A stretch of 64,000 bases of DNA from Nitrospirota bacterium (GCA_963663225.1 OY760142.1:2272001-2336000), one strand, 5' to 3'. Shown: positions 29,189 through 40,062, numbered from the stretch's first letter. The notes: generated by a model from the sequence alone, not told the origin. A program made the numbers and translations.

Positions 29189-30121
29189 ATGAAAATCGGA
29201 ATTATCGGGACCGGTGCCGTTGGTGCAGCTTGCACATTATCAGCCATTATGCGGGGATGCGCCCGGGAAATCGTTTTGGTGGACAAAATCAGGTCCCGCG
29301 CGAAAGCAGTGGCAACGGACATGCGGTACGGTCTGCCGCTTTCTCCTACCCTGGACGTGCGTGATGGTGATTACTCAGATTTGTCAGGTTCAGCCCTGGT
29401 CATGATTACCGCGGGCGTCAATGAAAAAACGGGGGGTGCTGTTGACCGCAATGATCCCGCAGGACGGCTGCGATTGCTGGGTACGAACACGGAGGTCTAT
29501 AAGGAAATCGTACCTAAGGTTGTGAAGGCCGCCCCGGATGCCGTCATCATGGTTGTGACCGATCCTCCTGACCCTCTGGCGGACATTGCGAGGAACCTCG
29601 CAGGACATGACCGGGTGGTCAGCACCGGCACCTATCTGGACAGCCTTCGGTTTCGGGTGCATCTTGCCAGAAAACTCTCCGTGAGTGCCGCGTGCATCGA
29701 TGCCTATGTCGTGGGAGAGCACGGGACATCACAGGTTTTTCTCTGGTCGTCGGCTCGCGTGAGCGGAGCGCCTTTTTGCGAACTGCTGGACCAATGCGAT
29801 GCTTCGCCGGAAGCGTTTTATGCTGAGGTGGAAAATGAGGTCCGGTATGCCAATATCAGCATTATCGAGGGGAATAACGCCAGCCAGTACGGGATTGGAA
29901 TGACGTGCGCCCGGATCGCGGAAATAATTCTGAACGATGAACATGCGGTGATTCCCGTGGGGTCTTATAACAAAGAATACGGCGTAACCCTGTCGCTGCC
30001 GAGCGTCCTCCACCGCTACGGAGTAAAGCGCATTCTGGAACCGGACATGACCGCCGACGAACGCGCAAAGCTGCGGCAGAGTGCGGAGAAGATAAAAAAT
30101 GCACTGAGTGGAAAATTTTGA
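29189..30121 (+). CDS. Lactate/malate dehydrogenase superfamily 2-hydroxyacid dehydrogenase
   Basis: GTGAVG, ITAG, GTYLDSLRF, VGEHG, YGIG; SD GGAGG. Confidence 0.85.
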   Translation: MKIGIIGTGAVGAACTLSAIMRGCAREIVLVDKIRSRAKAVATDMRYGLPLSPTLDVRDGDYSDLSGSALVMITAGVNEKTGGAVDRNDPAGRLRLLGTNTEVYKEIVPKVVKAAPDAVIMVVTDPPDPLADIARNLAGHDRVVSTGTYLDSLRFRVHLARKLSVSAACIDAYVVGEHGTSQVFLWSSARVSGAPFCELLDQCDASPEAFYAEVENEVRYANISIIEGNNASQYGIGMTCARIAEIILNDEHAVIPVGSYNKEYGVTLSLPSVLHRYGVKRILEPDMTADERAKLRQSAEKIKNALSGKF

Positions 30122-30380
30122 AAATCAGTGACGAAATATTTTGTAAATGGACAACCTTCACGAACGTGCACCCCGGCCAACAATAGTACTTCAGGAAATA
30201 TTGTTTTCATTGTCGTTGATATGCTGTTTTTCTATTTCTTTTATTCAATGATTATTTCTGTACTATGCGTCGTAGCTTCGTATAAGTTGGCTCTAATAAA
30301 TTTTAAATTCTTGTTGTACCTTTCTCCAACAGTACATATAATATCACGGTGTATAAGAAAATCGAAGAGACGGAGGACCT

Positions 30381-31406
30381 ATGAAGAAACTGTTTGTGTG
30401 TATAATCATCTTCACCTGCCTGTCCTTTTCCACATCGGTGTTTTCTGAAACGAAATCATTGCCATCACTGAATTACGAGAAAAAAGAGCTACTGCTCGGT
30501 TATGCCGGGGAAGTCTTGTCTGCTGCTTTCAGTCCGGATGGAAAAATAATGGCAATTGGAACATCTGATAAGAAAGTTGTCATTTGGGACGTTGCAACAT
30601 GGAAAATAATCAAGTTGCTTGATGCAAATAACGATCGTGTTACGGCACTGGCGTTTTCTCCTGATGGGAAACTACTTGCATCAGGAGACAGACGGAATAT
30701 GGTGTATTTCCTGGACGCCGCCACCTGGAAAACAGTGAACAAAATGAAAGCTTACAGCGATATAGAGTCTCTCTCCTTTAATCAGGACGGCAGTCTTCTT
30801 GCAATAGCATGTGGCAGGGAAAAGGCAATGCTTTGGGATGTACAGAAAAATCAGTTGCGTAAAGACCTGGTTGGTCATACGGGAGATGTAAAAGCGATAG
30901 CGTTCAGTCCTGATGGAACACAGGTGGCGACCGGCGGCAGAGATAACAGCGTAATTATCTGGAACTCAAGTACGGGCGAAAAAATTAAAATGTTGCCGGG
31001 ACATGCTGGTACGGTCGAAAAGATCGTCTACAGCCCGGACGGGAAATATCTTGCATCAGGAGGATCAGACAACGTTGTAATGGTCTGGGATGCAACTTCG
31101 GGAAAAGCTATTCAGCGGCTCTCCGGACACTCAGACAGGATTTGTGCGTTGGAATATTTGCCGCAGACTGACATCCTGGTGTCGGGAAGCTGCCGGATCT
31201 TTCTGGGACCGTTTTTCAGACCTTCCTATGTGGCAGGTAGCGGTTGTAATGTTATTTTCTGGAATACCGGAACAGGCAAACAGATGAAAACCATGGATGC
31301 GGATTGCAGCCTTACTTGTGCCGCATTCAGCTCCGGAGGGAAATACTTAGCAGTCGGCAATGCTGTTGGCAGCGGTCAATTCATCACGGTGTATGAAAGA
31401 AAATAA
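30381..31406 (+). CDS. Secreted WD40-repeat beta-propeller protein
   Basis: Signal peptide; about 7 repeats of GH..V..(A/V)FSPDG..LA(S/T)G..D..V..WD. Confidence 0.92.
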   Translation: MKKLFVCIIIFTCLSFSTSVFSETKSLPSLNYEKKELLLGYAGEVLSAAFSPDGKIMAIGTSDKKVVIWDVATWKIIKLLDANNDRVTALAFSPDGKLLASGDRRNMVYFLDAATWKTVNKMKAYSDIESLSFNQDGSLLAIACGREKAMLWDVQKNQLRKDLVGHTGDVKAIAFSPDGTQVATGGRDNSVIIWNSSTGEKIKMLPGHAGTVEKIVYSPDGKYLASGGSDNVVMVWDATSGKAIQRLSGHSDRICALEYLPQTDILVSGSCRIFLGPFFRPSYVAGSGCNVIFWNTGTGKQMKTMDADCSLTCAAFSSGGKYLAVGNAVGSGQFITVYERK

Positions 31407-31448
31407 AACCGTTGTGATCCTGTACTAAGAAAAACATCAAACAGCACT

Positions 31449-32066
31449 ATGAACACGCCAATTAAACTCCTGGCCATCATAGGCAGCTATCGCAAAGGCG
31501 GCATGATAGACGCTACCATCGATGAAATGCTTGCCGCAGCCCGTGAAGCTGGTGCAGATACAGCGAAGATTTATTTGCTTGATAAGCATATCGAATTTTG
31601 CACAAACTGCCGAACCTGCACGCAGCAGGTCGGGGAAACGCGCGGTATCTGCATTTTTCAAGATGATATGACCGGCATTCTTGTGGAAATAGAGCGTTCA
31701 GATGTGATTGTGCTCTGTTCACCAGTGAATTTCTGGACTGTCACGGCGGTGATGAAACGATTTATTGAACGGCTGGTCTGCCTTGCCTACTGGCCCTGGG
31801 GAATGGCGGCACCGAAGCCACGAATCGCAGGAAAACAAAAGCGAGCCGTAGTAGTCACTTCATCTGCAGCGCCTGCATTTGTCGCACGTCTGGGAACGCA
31901 GCTTGTAAGCCATTTTAAGAAAGTTGCAAGGCTTCTTGGCGCCAGAGTGGTTGGCGTGATTTCCATAGGACTGGCGGCATCAAAACAACATCAAAAACCG
32001 GGAGAATCTGTGAGAAAGAAAGCGTGGTGTTTGGGGAGAGAACTGGCTGCCGGCAACCGCGACTGA
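31449..32066 (+). CDS. Iron-sulfur flavoprotein / flavodoxin-like FMN reductase
   Basis: GSYRKGG, CTNCRTC...C...DDM, SPVNF, MKRFIER. Confidence 0.85.
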   Translation: MNTPIKLLAIIGSYRKGGMIDATIDEMLAAAREAGADTAKIYLLDKHIEFCTNCRTCTQQVGETRGICIFQDDMTGILVEIERSDVIVLCSPVNFWTVTAVMKRFIERLVCLAYWPWGMAAPKPRIAGKQKRAVVVTSSAAPAFVARLGTQLVSHFKKVARLLGARVVGVISIGLAASKQHQKPGESVRKKAWCLGRELAAGNRD

Positions 32067-32329
32067 TGGTAGATTCGAATCAAATCTCCCGTCTGTCGCT
32101 GTACTTCGATGCATTGTACCGTTCTCCATTCATGAGCAGCTTTTTCAGCCTGTCGAGAAAACACTCATTGCGGCATTGATCCTTGTAATCCATTCTTCGT
32201 TGACCTGGCGGCAAAATCGATTTTTTTAAATGCAGTTTTCACCAACCATAATCCTGTGAGCCATCCGGATTGTCATTTTTCAATGATTTCTATATAATCA
32301 TGACGCCAGCTGAATCCAAGGAGACTATA

Positions 32330-32653
32330 ATGTTCAAAAAAAATGATGGTAGCGGATATAAAGCACCTCTTGAAAAAATAACCTTCAAGACTCTCGCGTA
32401 TGGCGAAAAAACACTTCTTGCCGAATTCAGACTTGAAAAAGGGGCGGTTCTGCCAAGGCATAGCCATCCTCATGAACAGACAGGATACCTTGTGTCCGGC
32501 AGGATACGTCTGACAATTGGTGAGGAAACATATGATGTTGTGCCGGGTGACAGCTGGAGCATTCCCGGCAACGTGGACCATAATGCAGTTGCCCATGAGA
32601 ACTCCACTGCGGTAGAGGTGTTTTCCCCGATACGACAGGACTACATACCCTAG
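32330..32653 (+). CDS. Cupin domain protein
   Basis: HSHPHEQTGY, PGDSWSIPGNVDH, VFSPIRQDY; SD AAGGAG. Confidence 0.9.
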   Translation: MFKKNDGSGYKAPLEKITFKTLAYGEKTLLAEFRLEKGAVLPRHSHPHEQTGYLVSGRIRLTIGEETYDVVPGDSWSIPGNVDHNAVAHENSTAVEVFSPIRQDYIP

Positions 32654-32761
32654 AGCGGCAGGTGTACCGGATTTTCACACTGTTTTGGCAGTGATTAACG
32701 CACCTTGCCGCATAGTGGTCGATAACAGCCTATATTGTTCTGCTAGAAGAGAGGTACGCAT

Positions 32762-34111
32762 ATGAAAGCAGCAGTCAAAGAAGGATTTTCGCGCATACAG
32801 ATGATGTTTGCAGATTTTTTCGGACTTGGCCGTGCGGTAACAATAACCACTATAGTGTTTGTATGCTGTGTTGTATTTGGAGCTGTTTTCTGGTTCTTTT
32901 ACTCAGCCCCTCCCCGTACTCTTACGATCACGAGCGGCCCGGACGGAAGTACGTTCCAAAGAAACGCCGCCCGATATGCCAAGATACTGGCGCGCAACGG
33001 TGTAAAATTGAACATTATTCCTTCTGAGGGTTCGCAGGAGAACCTGAAGAGATTGATTGATCCGAAGTTCAAGGTTGATATTGGGTTTGTCCAGGGAGGA
33101 GTTGCCAAGGGGGAAACTATCGACAAACTGGTGTCGCTCGGGAGCGTATTTTACGAGCCGCTTATGATTTTTTACCGCAGTCCCAGGCCGATAGAGCTGC
33201 TGTCACAGTTGAAGGGGAAACGGCTGGCCATCGGTCCCGAAGGCAGTGGAACGCGAACTTTGGCATTGGCACTGCTCGACCTGAACGGCATAAAACCCGG
33301 TGAAGGCACCGCGATGAATGAAGACGATTCAGATGACGCAGCAAAGGCCCTGCTCGCGGGCACGGTCGATGTCGTGTTCATGATGGGAGATTCCGCCTCG
33401 ACCCAGGTCATGCGCACGCTCATGCACACGCCGACGATCCATTTATATAGCTTTACCCAGGCGGATGGATATGTTCGTCGCATCAACTATCTGAGCAAAC
33501 TGGAACTTCCAAAAGGGTCCATCGATTTTGGAAAAAATATTCCCAGCCAGGACGTCTATCTGATCGGTCCTACGGCGGAGATTATTGCGCGGAATGATCT
33601 GCATCCCGCCTTGTCGGATTTGCTGCTGGAGGCCGCACGGGAGATACATGGCAGCGCGACCCTGCTCAGGCGCCAGGGCGAATTCCCAGCCCCGCTTGAA
33701 CACGAGTATCGGATAAGCGAGGACGCAAGCAGATTCTATAAATCAGGGAAGACCCTCCTTTACCGCTATCTTCCATTTCAATTGGCAAGTTTGGCCAACC
33801 GGTTTCTTCTGATATTCGTACCGATGGTAGTACTGCTGATTCCGGGATTAAAGATTATTCCCGCAATCTATCGATGGAGGATCAACCTCGGCATTTACCG
33901 CTGGTATCGAGCATTGCTCGCTCTGGAGAAAGACTTGCTCTCGAATATAAATCTTGAAAAACAAAAAGAGCTGGTTGAGCGGCTTGACCGTATTGAGCAG
34001 GCGGTCAATGCCATGAAAGTACCGGTTTCCTTTGCTGAACAGTTCTACGTCCTGCGAGGACATATAGACTTTGTCAGAAGCCGTCTCATGGCAAAAGCAG
34101 AGGCACGCTGA
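32762..34111 (+). CDS. Membrane-anchored TAXI-family solute receptor
   Basis: SEGSQENL, GFVQGG, FYEPL, IGPEGSGT; N- and C-terminal TM helices. Confidence 0.85.
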   Translation: MKAAVKEGFSRIQMMFADFFGLGRAVTITTIVFVCCVVFGAVFWFFYSAPPRTLTITSGPDGSTFQRNAARYAKILARNGVKLNIIPSEGSQENLKRLIDPKFKVDIGFVQGGVAKGETIDKLVSLGSVFYEPLMIFYRSPRPIELLSQLKGKRLAIGPEGSGTRTLALALLDLNGIKPGEGTAMNEDDSDDAAKALLAGTVDVVFMMGDSASTQVMRTLMHTPTIHLYSFTQADGYVRRINYLSKLELPKGSIDFGKNIPSQDVYLIGPTAEIIARNDLHPALSDLLLEAAREIHGSATLLRRQGEFPAPLEHEYRISEDASRFYKSGKTLLYRYLPFQLASLANRFLLIFVPMVVLLIPGLKIIPAIYRWRINLGIYRWYRALLALEKDLLSNINLEKQKELVERLDRIEQAVNAMKVPVSFAEQFYVLRGHIDFVRSRLMAKAEAR

Positions 34112-34156
34112 GACGCTTTTTACAGGGTATCGCCGTAAGGAAAAAAGGATGTGAAA

Positions 34157-34501
34157 ATGAAAAAGATATTGTCTGTCGTGATTTTTCTTGTGGCAATGCA
34201 GGGAAATATTTCCGCTTCGCCGGGCGGTTTTCCGGACAGGCCGTTCATGCTGGCAGAAGAGAGCACAGCCAAAGTCGAGCTGTATGTGACAGACTGGTGC
34301 CCGTACTGCCGGAGAGCGATACATTTTTTCCAAACGCGCAAAATTCCTGTCATTATATATGACATTGAAAAAGACAGGGACGCCGCCCGCAGAAAGAACG
34401 AACTAGACAGTCGGAGAGGGGTTCCATTTGCAATCATCAATGGGAAGGGGATCCACGGCTTTTCCGAAGAGGCTTATCAGAGAGCGCTAGGAAGCAGGTG
34501 A
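34157..34501 (+). CDS. Exported glutaredoxin-like (NrdH) protein
   Basis: Signal peptide, WCPYC, GVP. Confidence 0.85.
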   Translation: MKKILSVVIFLVAMQGNISASPGGFPDRPFMLAEESTAKVELYVTDWCPYCRRAIHFFQTRKIPVIIYDIEKDRDAARRKNELDSRRGVPFAIINGKGIHGFSEEAYQRALGSR

Positions 34502-34546
34502 ATTACGCTCATTCTCAGTTGCGATCATAAGAGATAAAAGACGGTT

Positions 34547-35452
34547 TTATGCAAAATACCGAAGATCTACCTTTTTCCGGCGGATAACGCTGTGATAGGT
34601 CTCGTCGGGATGGCCGAGAGCAATGACCGAATATATGGTTTCGTTCGCGGGGATGCCGAGTGACCGTTGAATGGCCGGGTCATTTTTCATGGCGGCAACG
34701 GCAAACCCGATCAGGCAGGAGCCAAGCCCCATGCTGTGTGCGGCCAGCAGAATATTCTGCGAGGCCAGAAGTGCGTCTTCTCCGGGGCAGCTTGCGCCGG
34801 GTTTTGAGCCCACGATAATGGCCGCTGTCGCACCATGAAAAAGCCTGTCCTTGCCGTCCTGCTCCCATTCCTCAAGCGCCTTTCGGACGGTTTCATAGTG
34901 GTCCCGGTAGTATGTTGCGAGTTCAGACTTTCCAATCAGTTTGAGAATGGTGCGAAGAACGGGGTTTGCCGCCTGGGCATTCAATGCTTTAAAATAATCA
35001 CCGATGCTGCGTGCAAAGGCGATGACGCCCTTTCTGTTCGGTACTATGGTGAATGTCCATTTTTGGCTGTTGGTTCCAGAGGGCGCGGTGACCCCGATCT
35101 TGACAAGATCTTCGAGAGCCGGTCTGTCCACCGGCTGGTCCGTGTAATTGCGGCAGGATCGCCGTGATGCCATAAACCGCTGCAAGTCAGCAGTGTTGAA
35201 CTTACCAAACGGGAGCCAGCGGCCGTCAGCGGTGAACGTCTGATATGTTCCCATTTCATCACTGAGCACGGGAATGTGTATGGCATGCTGAGGACAGGCA
35301 GCCTCGCAATGGCCGCATGCAAAAGAATCATTTTCGTTTTTTGCGGCCTTTCCATTTACCAGCGAAAGCGCCTGCCTCGGACAGACTTTGATGCAAATTC
35401 CGCATCCGGTGCAGCGATTTAGGTCTACTTCAACCTGTTTATTTTCCTTCAT
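34547..35452 (-). CDS. Ferredoxin-nitroreductase fusion
   Basis: CTGCGICIKVCP and SFACGHCEAACP; RRSCRNY, APSGTNSQ, GLGSC. Confidence 0.92.
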   Translation of the reverse strand: MKENKQVEVDLNRCTGCGICIKVCPRQALSLVNGKAAKNENDSFACGHCEAACPQHAIHIPVLSDEMGTYQTFTADGRWLPFGKFNTADLQRFMASRRSCRNYTDQPVDRPALEDLVKIGVTAPSGTNSQKWTFTIVPNRKGVIAFARSIGDYFKALNAQAANPVLRTILKLIGKSELATYYRDHYETVRKALEEWEQDGKDRLFHGATAAIIVGSKPGASCPGEDALLASQNILLAAHSMGLGSCLIGFAVAAMKNDPAIQRSLGIPANETIYSVIALGHPDETYHSVIRRKKVDLRYFA

Positions 35453-35470
35453 GAGTTGATCCCGGCAAAG

Positions 35471-38167
35471 TTATTTTGCCATATCCCGAAGTGTTTCCTC
35501 CAGTTCCTTCAGATGTTTTCCATATCCTGCCCAATCCTCCCTGCGGAGTGATTCCTTTGCCTTGCGCAGCTGCTCCATGGCTCTGGCTCCCAGTTCCCTG
35601 GGCTTTAGTGCGGCGGCAGGAGTCCCTTTTTCGATCATCCGTAGACTCGGTAGTGACCCGGTGAACAGCCGTTGAACGGATGCCTCAAGAGTATCTTCCA
35701 TCACGACGTCGTTGCCGTACGCAACAATGACTCTGCGGAGTTCGGGCAGCCCTCCTTTATCCGTGGCAACCAGGAACAACGGCTGGACATAGACGAGCGA
35801 GTCTTCAATGGGGATGATCAGGAGACTCCCCCGGATTACACCGGAGCCGCGCTGGCCCCAAAGTGTGAGTTGCTGCGAGATATATGCGTCCTGGTCGATG
35901 CGGGCGTCGATCTGGCGCGGCCCGAAAACCAGCCGGTCGCGCGGGAATGTATACACGATGACCTTGCCATAGTTATCACCATCGCATCGGGCCGCCATCC
36001 ACGCAGCGAGGTTGTCCCGTTTCGCCGGAGTAAAGGGCAGCAGGAGAATAAACTCTTCCGACTTTCCCCTGGGAAGCTTTGTGATGAGATAATAGGGGTC
36101 CATGGTTTTCTGGCGGTAGGCCGGAATTTCCCAAAGATCCTCCTTGTTATAGAACACCGTAGGATCGGTCATGTGGAAGGTCGAGAATATCCTTGCCTGA
36201 ATGCTGAGCAGAGCGCGGGGATACCGTATGTGGCGTCTTACGTCAGGCGGCATGTCGCCAAGCGGACGGAACAGGGTCGGAAACACGGAGGAATACGTTT
36301 TTATCAGGATGTCCTGTGGGTCCACGATATAAAAAGCAACGCTGCCGTCATAGGCATCCACAACCACCTTGACGGAGTTCCGGATATAATTGGTTCCTCT
36401 TCTGACCGGTTTTGAATACGGAAGGCTGCCGCTCTGCGTATACGCGTCGATAATCCAGAACAGCCTGCCGTCGTCACCCACGACCATGTACGGGTCTGGA
36501 TCATAGGACAGGAATGGTGCAATGGCAGACACCCGGTTCAGGATCGTGCGGTAGTACAGTATTTTGCTTTCGTTTGTTATATCGCTTGAAAGAACGATTT
36601 TGAAATTGCCGAAATAGGCTGCATAGAGAAGCCGCATCAGGGTTGACGACAGCCGCACGCCTCCGCGCCCTGCATACTCGGTGTAAACGCTCTCCGTGGC
36701 CGTTGGATAGTTGAATTCCTTTGTTTTCGTGTTTACGATCACATAGTCATTCGGGCTTTCTCCATAATAGATTTCCGGACGCGTCACTTTCGGACCGGAA
36801 CTCGTAACGGGAGGGATGTCCTTGACAAGGAATTCCGGAAGCCCTTCTTTGGTGATGCCGCTTACCGGTCCCATGGCAATCCCGAAACCATGCGTAAAGA
36901 CGAGCCGTTCGTTGATCCAGGATTTGCCCGGCAGGTCCGCGTAGGACAGCTCCCTTGGCGACAGCATCACCTGAACATAATTACCGTTCACGGTGTAGCG
37001 GTCATTATCCACATCGTTAAAATGGTAATACGTGCGTATTTGTTGCAACTGACTGTATGTCTTCAAGAGAGGTTCTTCATCCCAGAGCCTGATGTTTTGA
37101 ATTGTGGAGATATTGCGCCGTATGTCTGTTATGGTCAGTTGTTTACTTGCGGTGAACGGGTGCAATTCCATATTTTCAAGGCCATAGCCAAGGCGGGTGA
37201 AGCGGATATGATTGGCAAGAAACGGCTGCTCGAGCACGCTTTCATTCGGAGAGACCTTGAAGTTCTGGACCAGCGTAGGATATAATTTCAGTCCGAGTAC
37301 GTACGCGCCCGCAAGCACGACGATCGCCAGGAGCGGCACGGCAAGGGACCGGTGTGTGGCAAAAAAAGAAACAACCACGGCGGCGGCGACAGCGAGAGCG
37401 GCCAGGGCCGAAAGCGTCACGAGACGCGCGTGCACGTCGGTGTAAGAAGCCCCATACAGGACGCCATGTTCGGTATTCATCAGGCCATACCGGTCGAGGG
37501 AGAAGGTTATTGCGAGGCTAAGCAGAAACAGCGATACGAGGACGCCGAGGTGGCGCTTTACGAATGGATCAACGGAGAAAAACCGGCCCAGCAGCACGAC
37601 GCCGCCCCGGACTACATAAATGGCAGCGGTAAGGGCAGTCGTGATTATGAGTATGCTGCGTGTCAGCGTGTTTATGGCATCGAGAAAAGGATACTGAAAC
37701 AGGAAAAAGGAGATGTCTTTCCCAAAAAGGGGATCGGCAAGTCCTGCAGGAGCACTGTTGAGAAAGAGCAGTGTTTGCTCCCAGTATCGTGTGCCGACGG
37801 GAAAAGCAAGCAGAAACGCAAGGAGCGCAACAAGAAACGACAAGCCTCCGATAAGCCGGTTGAGATCGAGTTGCTGCAGTTGCGGCACGCTTTCCAGCAG
37901 AGGGCTCATGCCGCTGAGCGGGAACGCTCGTTTTCCGGCGATAAAAAGATTAATCAAAACCACAAGGAAGACAAACACGCCGAAGGCAAGCCCGCACAGC
38001 ACCTTGGTGAGGAGCGTCTTCGCAAAAACAGCTTGGTACCCTGTTTCCCCGAAAAACTGCCAGTCCGCCACAAACGAGAGGAATTCTCGCGCTCCGGCAA
38101 CAAGGATGAGTACTCCGGCAATAGTAATAATGATAGTCCAGTTTTTCGGCAACTTTTTAGCCATCAC
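35471..38167 (-). CDS. UPF0182 family membrane protein
   Basis: DPLFGKDISF, GASYTDV, NIRLWD, DVDNDRY, THGFG, NYIRNSVK, GSLLIIP. Confidence 0.92.
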   Translation of the reverse strand: MMAKKLPKNWTIIITIAGVLILVAGAREFLSFVADWQFFGETGYQAVFAKTLLTKVLCGLAFGVFVFLVVLINLFIAGKRAFPLSGMSPLLESVPQLQQLDLNRLIGGLSFLVALLAFLLAFPVGTRYWEQTLLFLNSAPAGLADPLFGKDISFFLFQYPFLDAINTLTRSILIITTALTAAIYVVRGGVVLLGRFFSVDPFVKRHLGVLVSLFLLSLAITFSLDRYGLMNTEHGVLYGASYTDVHARLVTLSALAALAVAAAVVVSFFATHRSLAVPLLAIVVLAGAYVLGLKLYPTLVQNFKVSPNESVLEQPFLANHIRFTRLGYGLENMELHPFTASKQLTITDIRRNISTIQNIRLWDEEPLLKTYSQLQQIRTYYHFNDVDNDRYTVNGNYVQVMLSPRELSYADLPGKSWINERLVFTHGFGIAMGPVSGITKEGLPEFLVKDIPPVTSSGPKVTRPEIYYGESPNDYVIVNTKTKEFNYPTATESVYTEYAGRGGVRLSSTLMRLLYAAYFGNFKIVLSSDITNESKILYYRTILNRVSAIAPFLSYDPDPYMVVGDDGRLFWIIDAYTQSGSLPYSKPVRRGTNYIRNSVKVVVDAYDGSVAFYIVDPQDILIKTYSSVFPTLFRPLGDMPPDVRRHIRYPRALLSIQARIFSTFHMTDPTVFYNKEDLWEIPAYRQKTMDPYYLITKLPRGKSEEFILLLPFTPAKRDNLAAWMAARCDGDNYGKVIVYTFPRDRLVFGPRQIDARIDQDAYISQQLTLWGQRGSGVIRGSLLIIPIEDSLVYVQPLFLVATDKGGLPELRRVIVAYGNDVVMEDTLEASVQRLFTGSLPSLRMIEKGTPAAALKPRELGARAMEQLRKAKESLRREDWAGYGKHLKELEETLRDMAK

Positions 38168-38314
38168 ATCCTCCTGTGCGGCAGGTCATCATTGCAGGGC
38201 AGCCGGTCTTGAAACATCAGCAGTGAATCAGCATGCCTCTGTTTCAGGATAATATAGACGGCAAAGCTGCAATGACGAACGCAGGGTGCTTTAGGGAAGT
38301 TATTTTATAAGAAA

Positions 38315-39016
38315 TCAGCCGTTGTTTTTCACTGCTTTATTCTGATAGGCAAATACGCTTTTAAATACTTCATCAACGTTTATCAGTTCGCCGATCGTGG
38401 CCCCTGCCTTGATTTTTTCCTGGATAATATGCTCGGTATCCAGGAGGTGTTTCGCTTTTTCCAGGACCGCTTCAGACTCCTGTTTCGGGACCACAACTAC
38501 TCCATTTGCGTCAACAACGATTATATCTCCCGGGTTCACTGCCGCGCCGGCACATTGTATTAAAACGTTGACCTGGCCATATCCCGAAATGGATCCAACG
38601 TTGGGAACAATGCCTTTACAGACAACGGGAAATTTGAGCTTTCTGATTTCCTCTACGTCGCGGCAGGCGCCGTCGATTATTGCTGCAATTGCTCCTCTGT
38701 TGATTGCCGACATCGTCATGTTCTCACCCCAGAAAGCGGTGTTCACCGAACCGTGGGAGTCGATGACGACGATATCGCCCGGCTCGCAGAGGTCGATGGC
38801 TTTGAATGCAGCGGCCAAATCCGATGCCAGCGTTTTTACGGTTATCGCGGTGCCTACCAGCCGGATGCCCTCAAAGAGCGGTTTCATATCGGATGTCATG
38901 GTGTTAAACCTGCCCATGCAGTCGGAGATAGAGCATGTTATTGAGTCGTACGCGAGCAATTTCCTAAAACCATCGACAACCGATTTTGCAGGGCGGTCTA
39001 TTTTTTGAACGATCAT
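38315..39016 (-). CDS. RraA/HMG-aldolase family protein
   Basis: ISDCM, GTAITV, AFWGENM, IDGACRDVEEI, PGDIIVVDANGVV. Confidence 0.88.
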   Translation of the reverse strand: MIVQKIDRPAKSVVDGFRKLLAYDSITCSISDCMGRFNTMTSDMKPLFEGIRLVGTAITVKTLASDLAAAFKAIDLCEPGDIVVIDSHGSVNTAFWGENMTMSAINRGAIAAIIDGACRDVEEIRKLKFPVVCKGIVPNVGSISGYGQVNVLIQCAGAAVNPGDIIVVDANGVVVVPKQESEAVLEKAKHLLDTEHIIQEKIKAGATIGELINVDEVFKSVFAYQNKAVKNNG

Positions 39017-39099
39017 ACTGTTTTCTCCAATTCCTTTTGTGCGGTCTCTCTGTCTATAAAATTCGACAGGGGTGCTTATGTATTTAAGCGGAGACGGTG

Positions 39100-39396
39100 T
39101 TATTCGGGTTTTTGAAATTTTTGTTTCGCCTCGTTTATCGCTTTTTTCAGGTCCGACCAGGCAGTTTCCGCGCCTGCCTTCATGATGTCCCATGCTTCGC
39201 TGCTTGTTTCTGTCAATTCCTGCAGCTTGTGCATGGCTGCATCCCGCTGTTCCTTGAGTTCCTTGATCTGTTCGCTATACTTGATTTTAACATCCTCTTT
39301 TGCAGTATGGGCCTTGACTTCCAGCTCATCGATTTTGGCAGACCATTCTTTAAGTTGGGCAGCCAGTTTGTCGATGTATTCTTCTCTGTTTTTCAT
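39100..39396 (-). CDS. Small coiled-coil conserved hypothetical protein
   Basis: REEYIDKLAAQLKEW...AWDIMKAG.ETAW pattern; strong SD AAGGAGG. Confidence 0.8.
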   Translation of the reverse strand: MKNREEYIDKLAAQLKEWSAKIDELEVKAHTAKEDVKIKYSEQIKELKEQRDAAMHKLQELTETSSEAWDIMKAGAETAWSDLKKAINEAKQKFQKPE

Positions 39397-39620
39397 GATC
39401 TTCCTCCTTGCTTGCGGTGTTTTCTGTACGGAACGTGCGGATGGAAAGACGTAATTTTTGAAAGTATAACATTTTAGGGGGGCATGTCAAGGTGGCCTGT
39501 GAGGACTTTCATGATCTTGTTTCAAGTACCCCATTTGTGATATAGTATCATATCTTGAGTAAACGGACTGGTTGCTTTCCGTCTTATAAACACTAAACCT
39601 TCCCGGCTGGAGGTCGCATC

Positions 39621-39956
39621 ATGCTTCACACAATGACGACAACCGCATTTACCCTGGACGGCTACCGCATTATAAAGAATCTGGGGTTGGTCAGGGGCAT
39701 TACGGTCCGGTCGCGATCAATTTTCGGCACTATCGGAGCTTCTTTGCAGACATTAATCGGCGGCAATATCTCTTTGTTCACGGGTTTGTGCGAAAAAACC
39801 AGAGAAGACGCGTTTGCCATGATGGTCAAACATGCCCAGGAATTGGGAGCAAATGCTGTAATCGGCATACGGTACGATGCAACCGATGTGATGCAGGGTG
39901 TCTCGGAAGTTTTGTGTTACGGCACCGCTGTGGTTGTGGAGCAAATAAGGGACTAA
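39621..39956 (+). CDS. YbjQ/UPF0145 family protein
   Basis: LGLVRGITVRSR, GANAVIGIRYD, EVLCYGTAV. Confidence 0.92.
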   Translation: MLHTMTTTAFTLDGYRIIKNLGLVRGITVRSRSIFGTIGASLQTLIGGNISLFTGLCEKTREDAFAMMVKHAQELGANAVIGIRYDATDVMQGVSEVLCYGTAVVVEQIRD

Positions 39957-40062
39957 AACGGTGTGTAGAAAAGACTTCTGATCGCGCCCATCGCGGCGTT
40001 TTGAGCATAGTGCCTCAGTCTTTGACGATGGCTATGATGACGCATACGAGGTGCATCATACT

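Noticed and set aside
30500-31350. Repeated sequence suggesting an array
   Set aside because: These are protein-level WD40 repeats; no CRISPR-like repeat-spacer structure was seen anywhere in the window.
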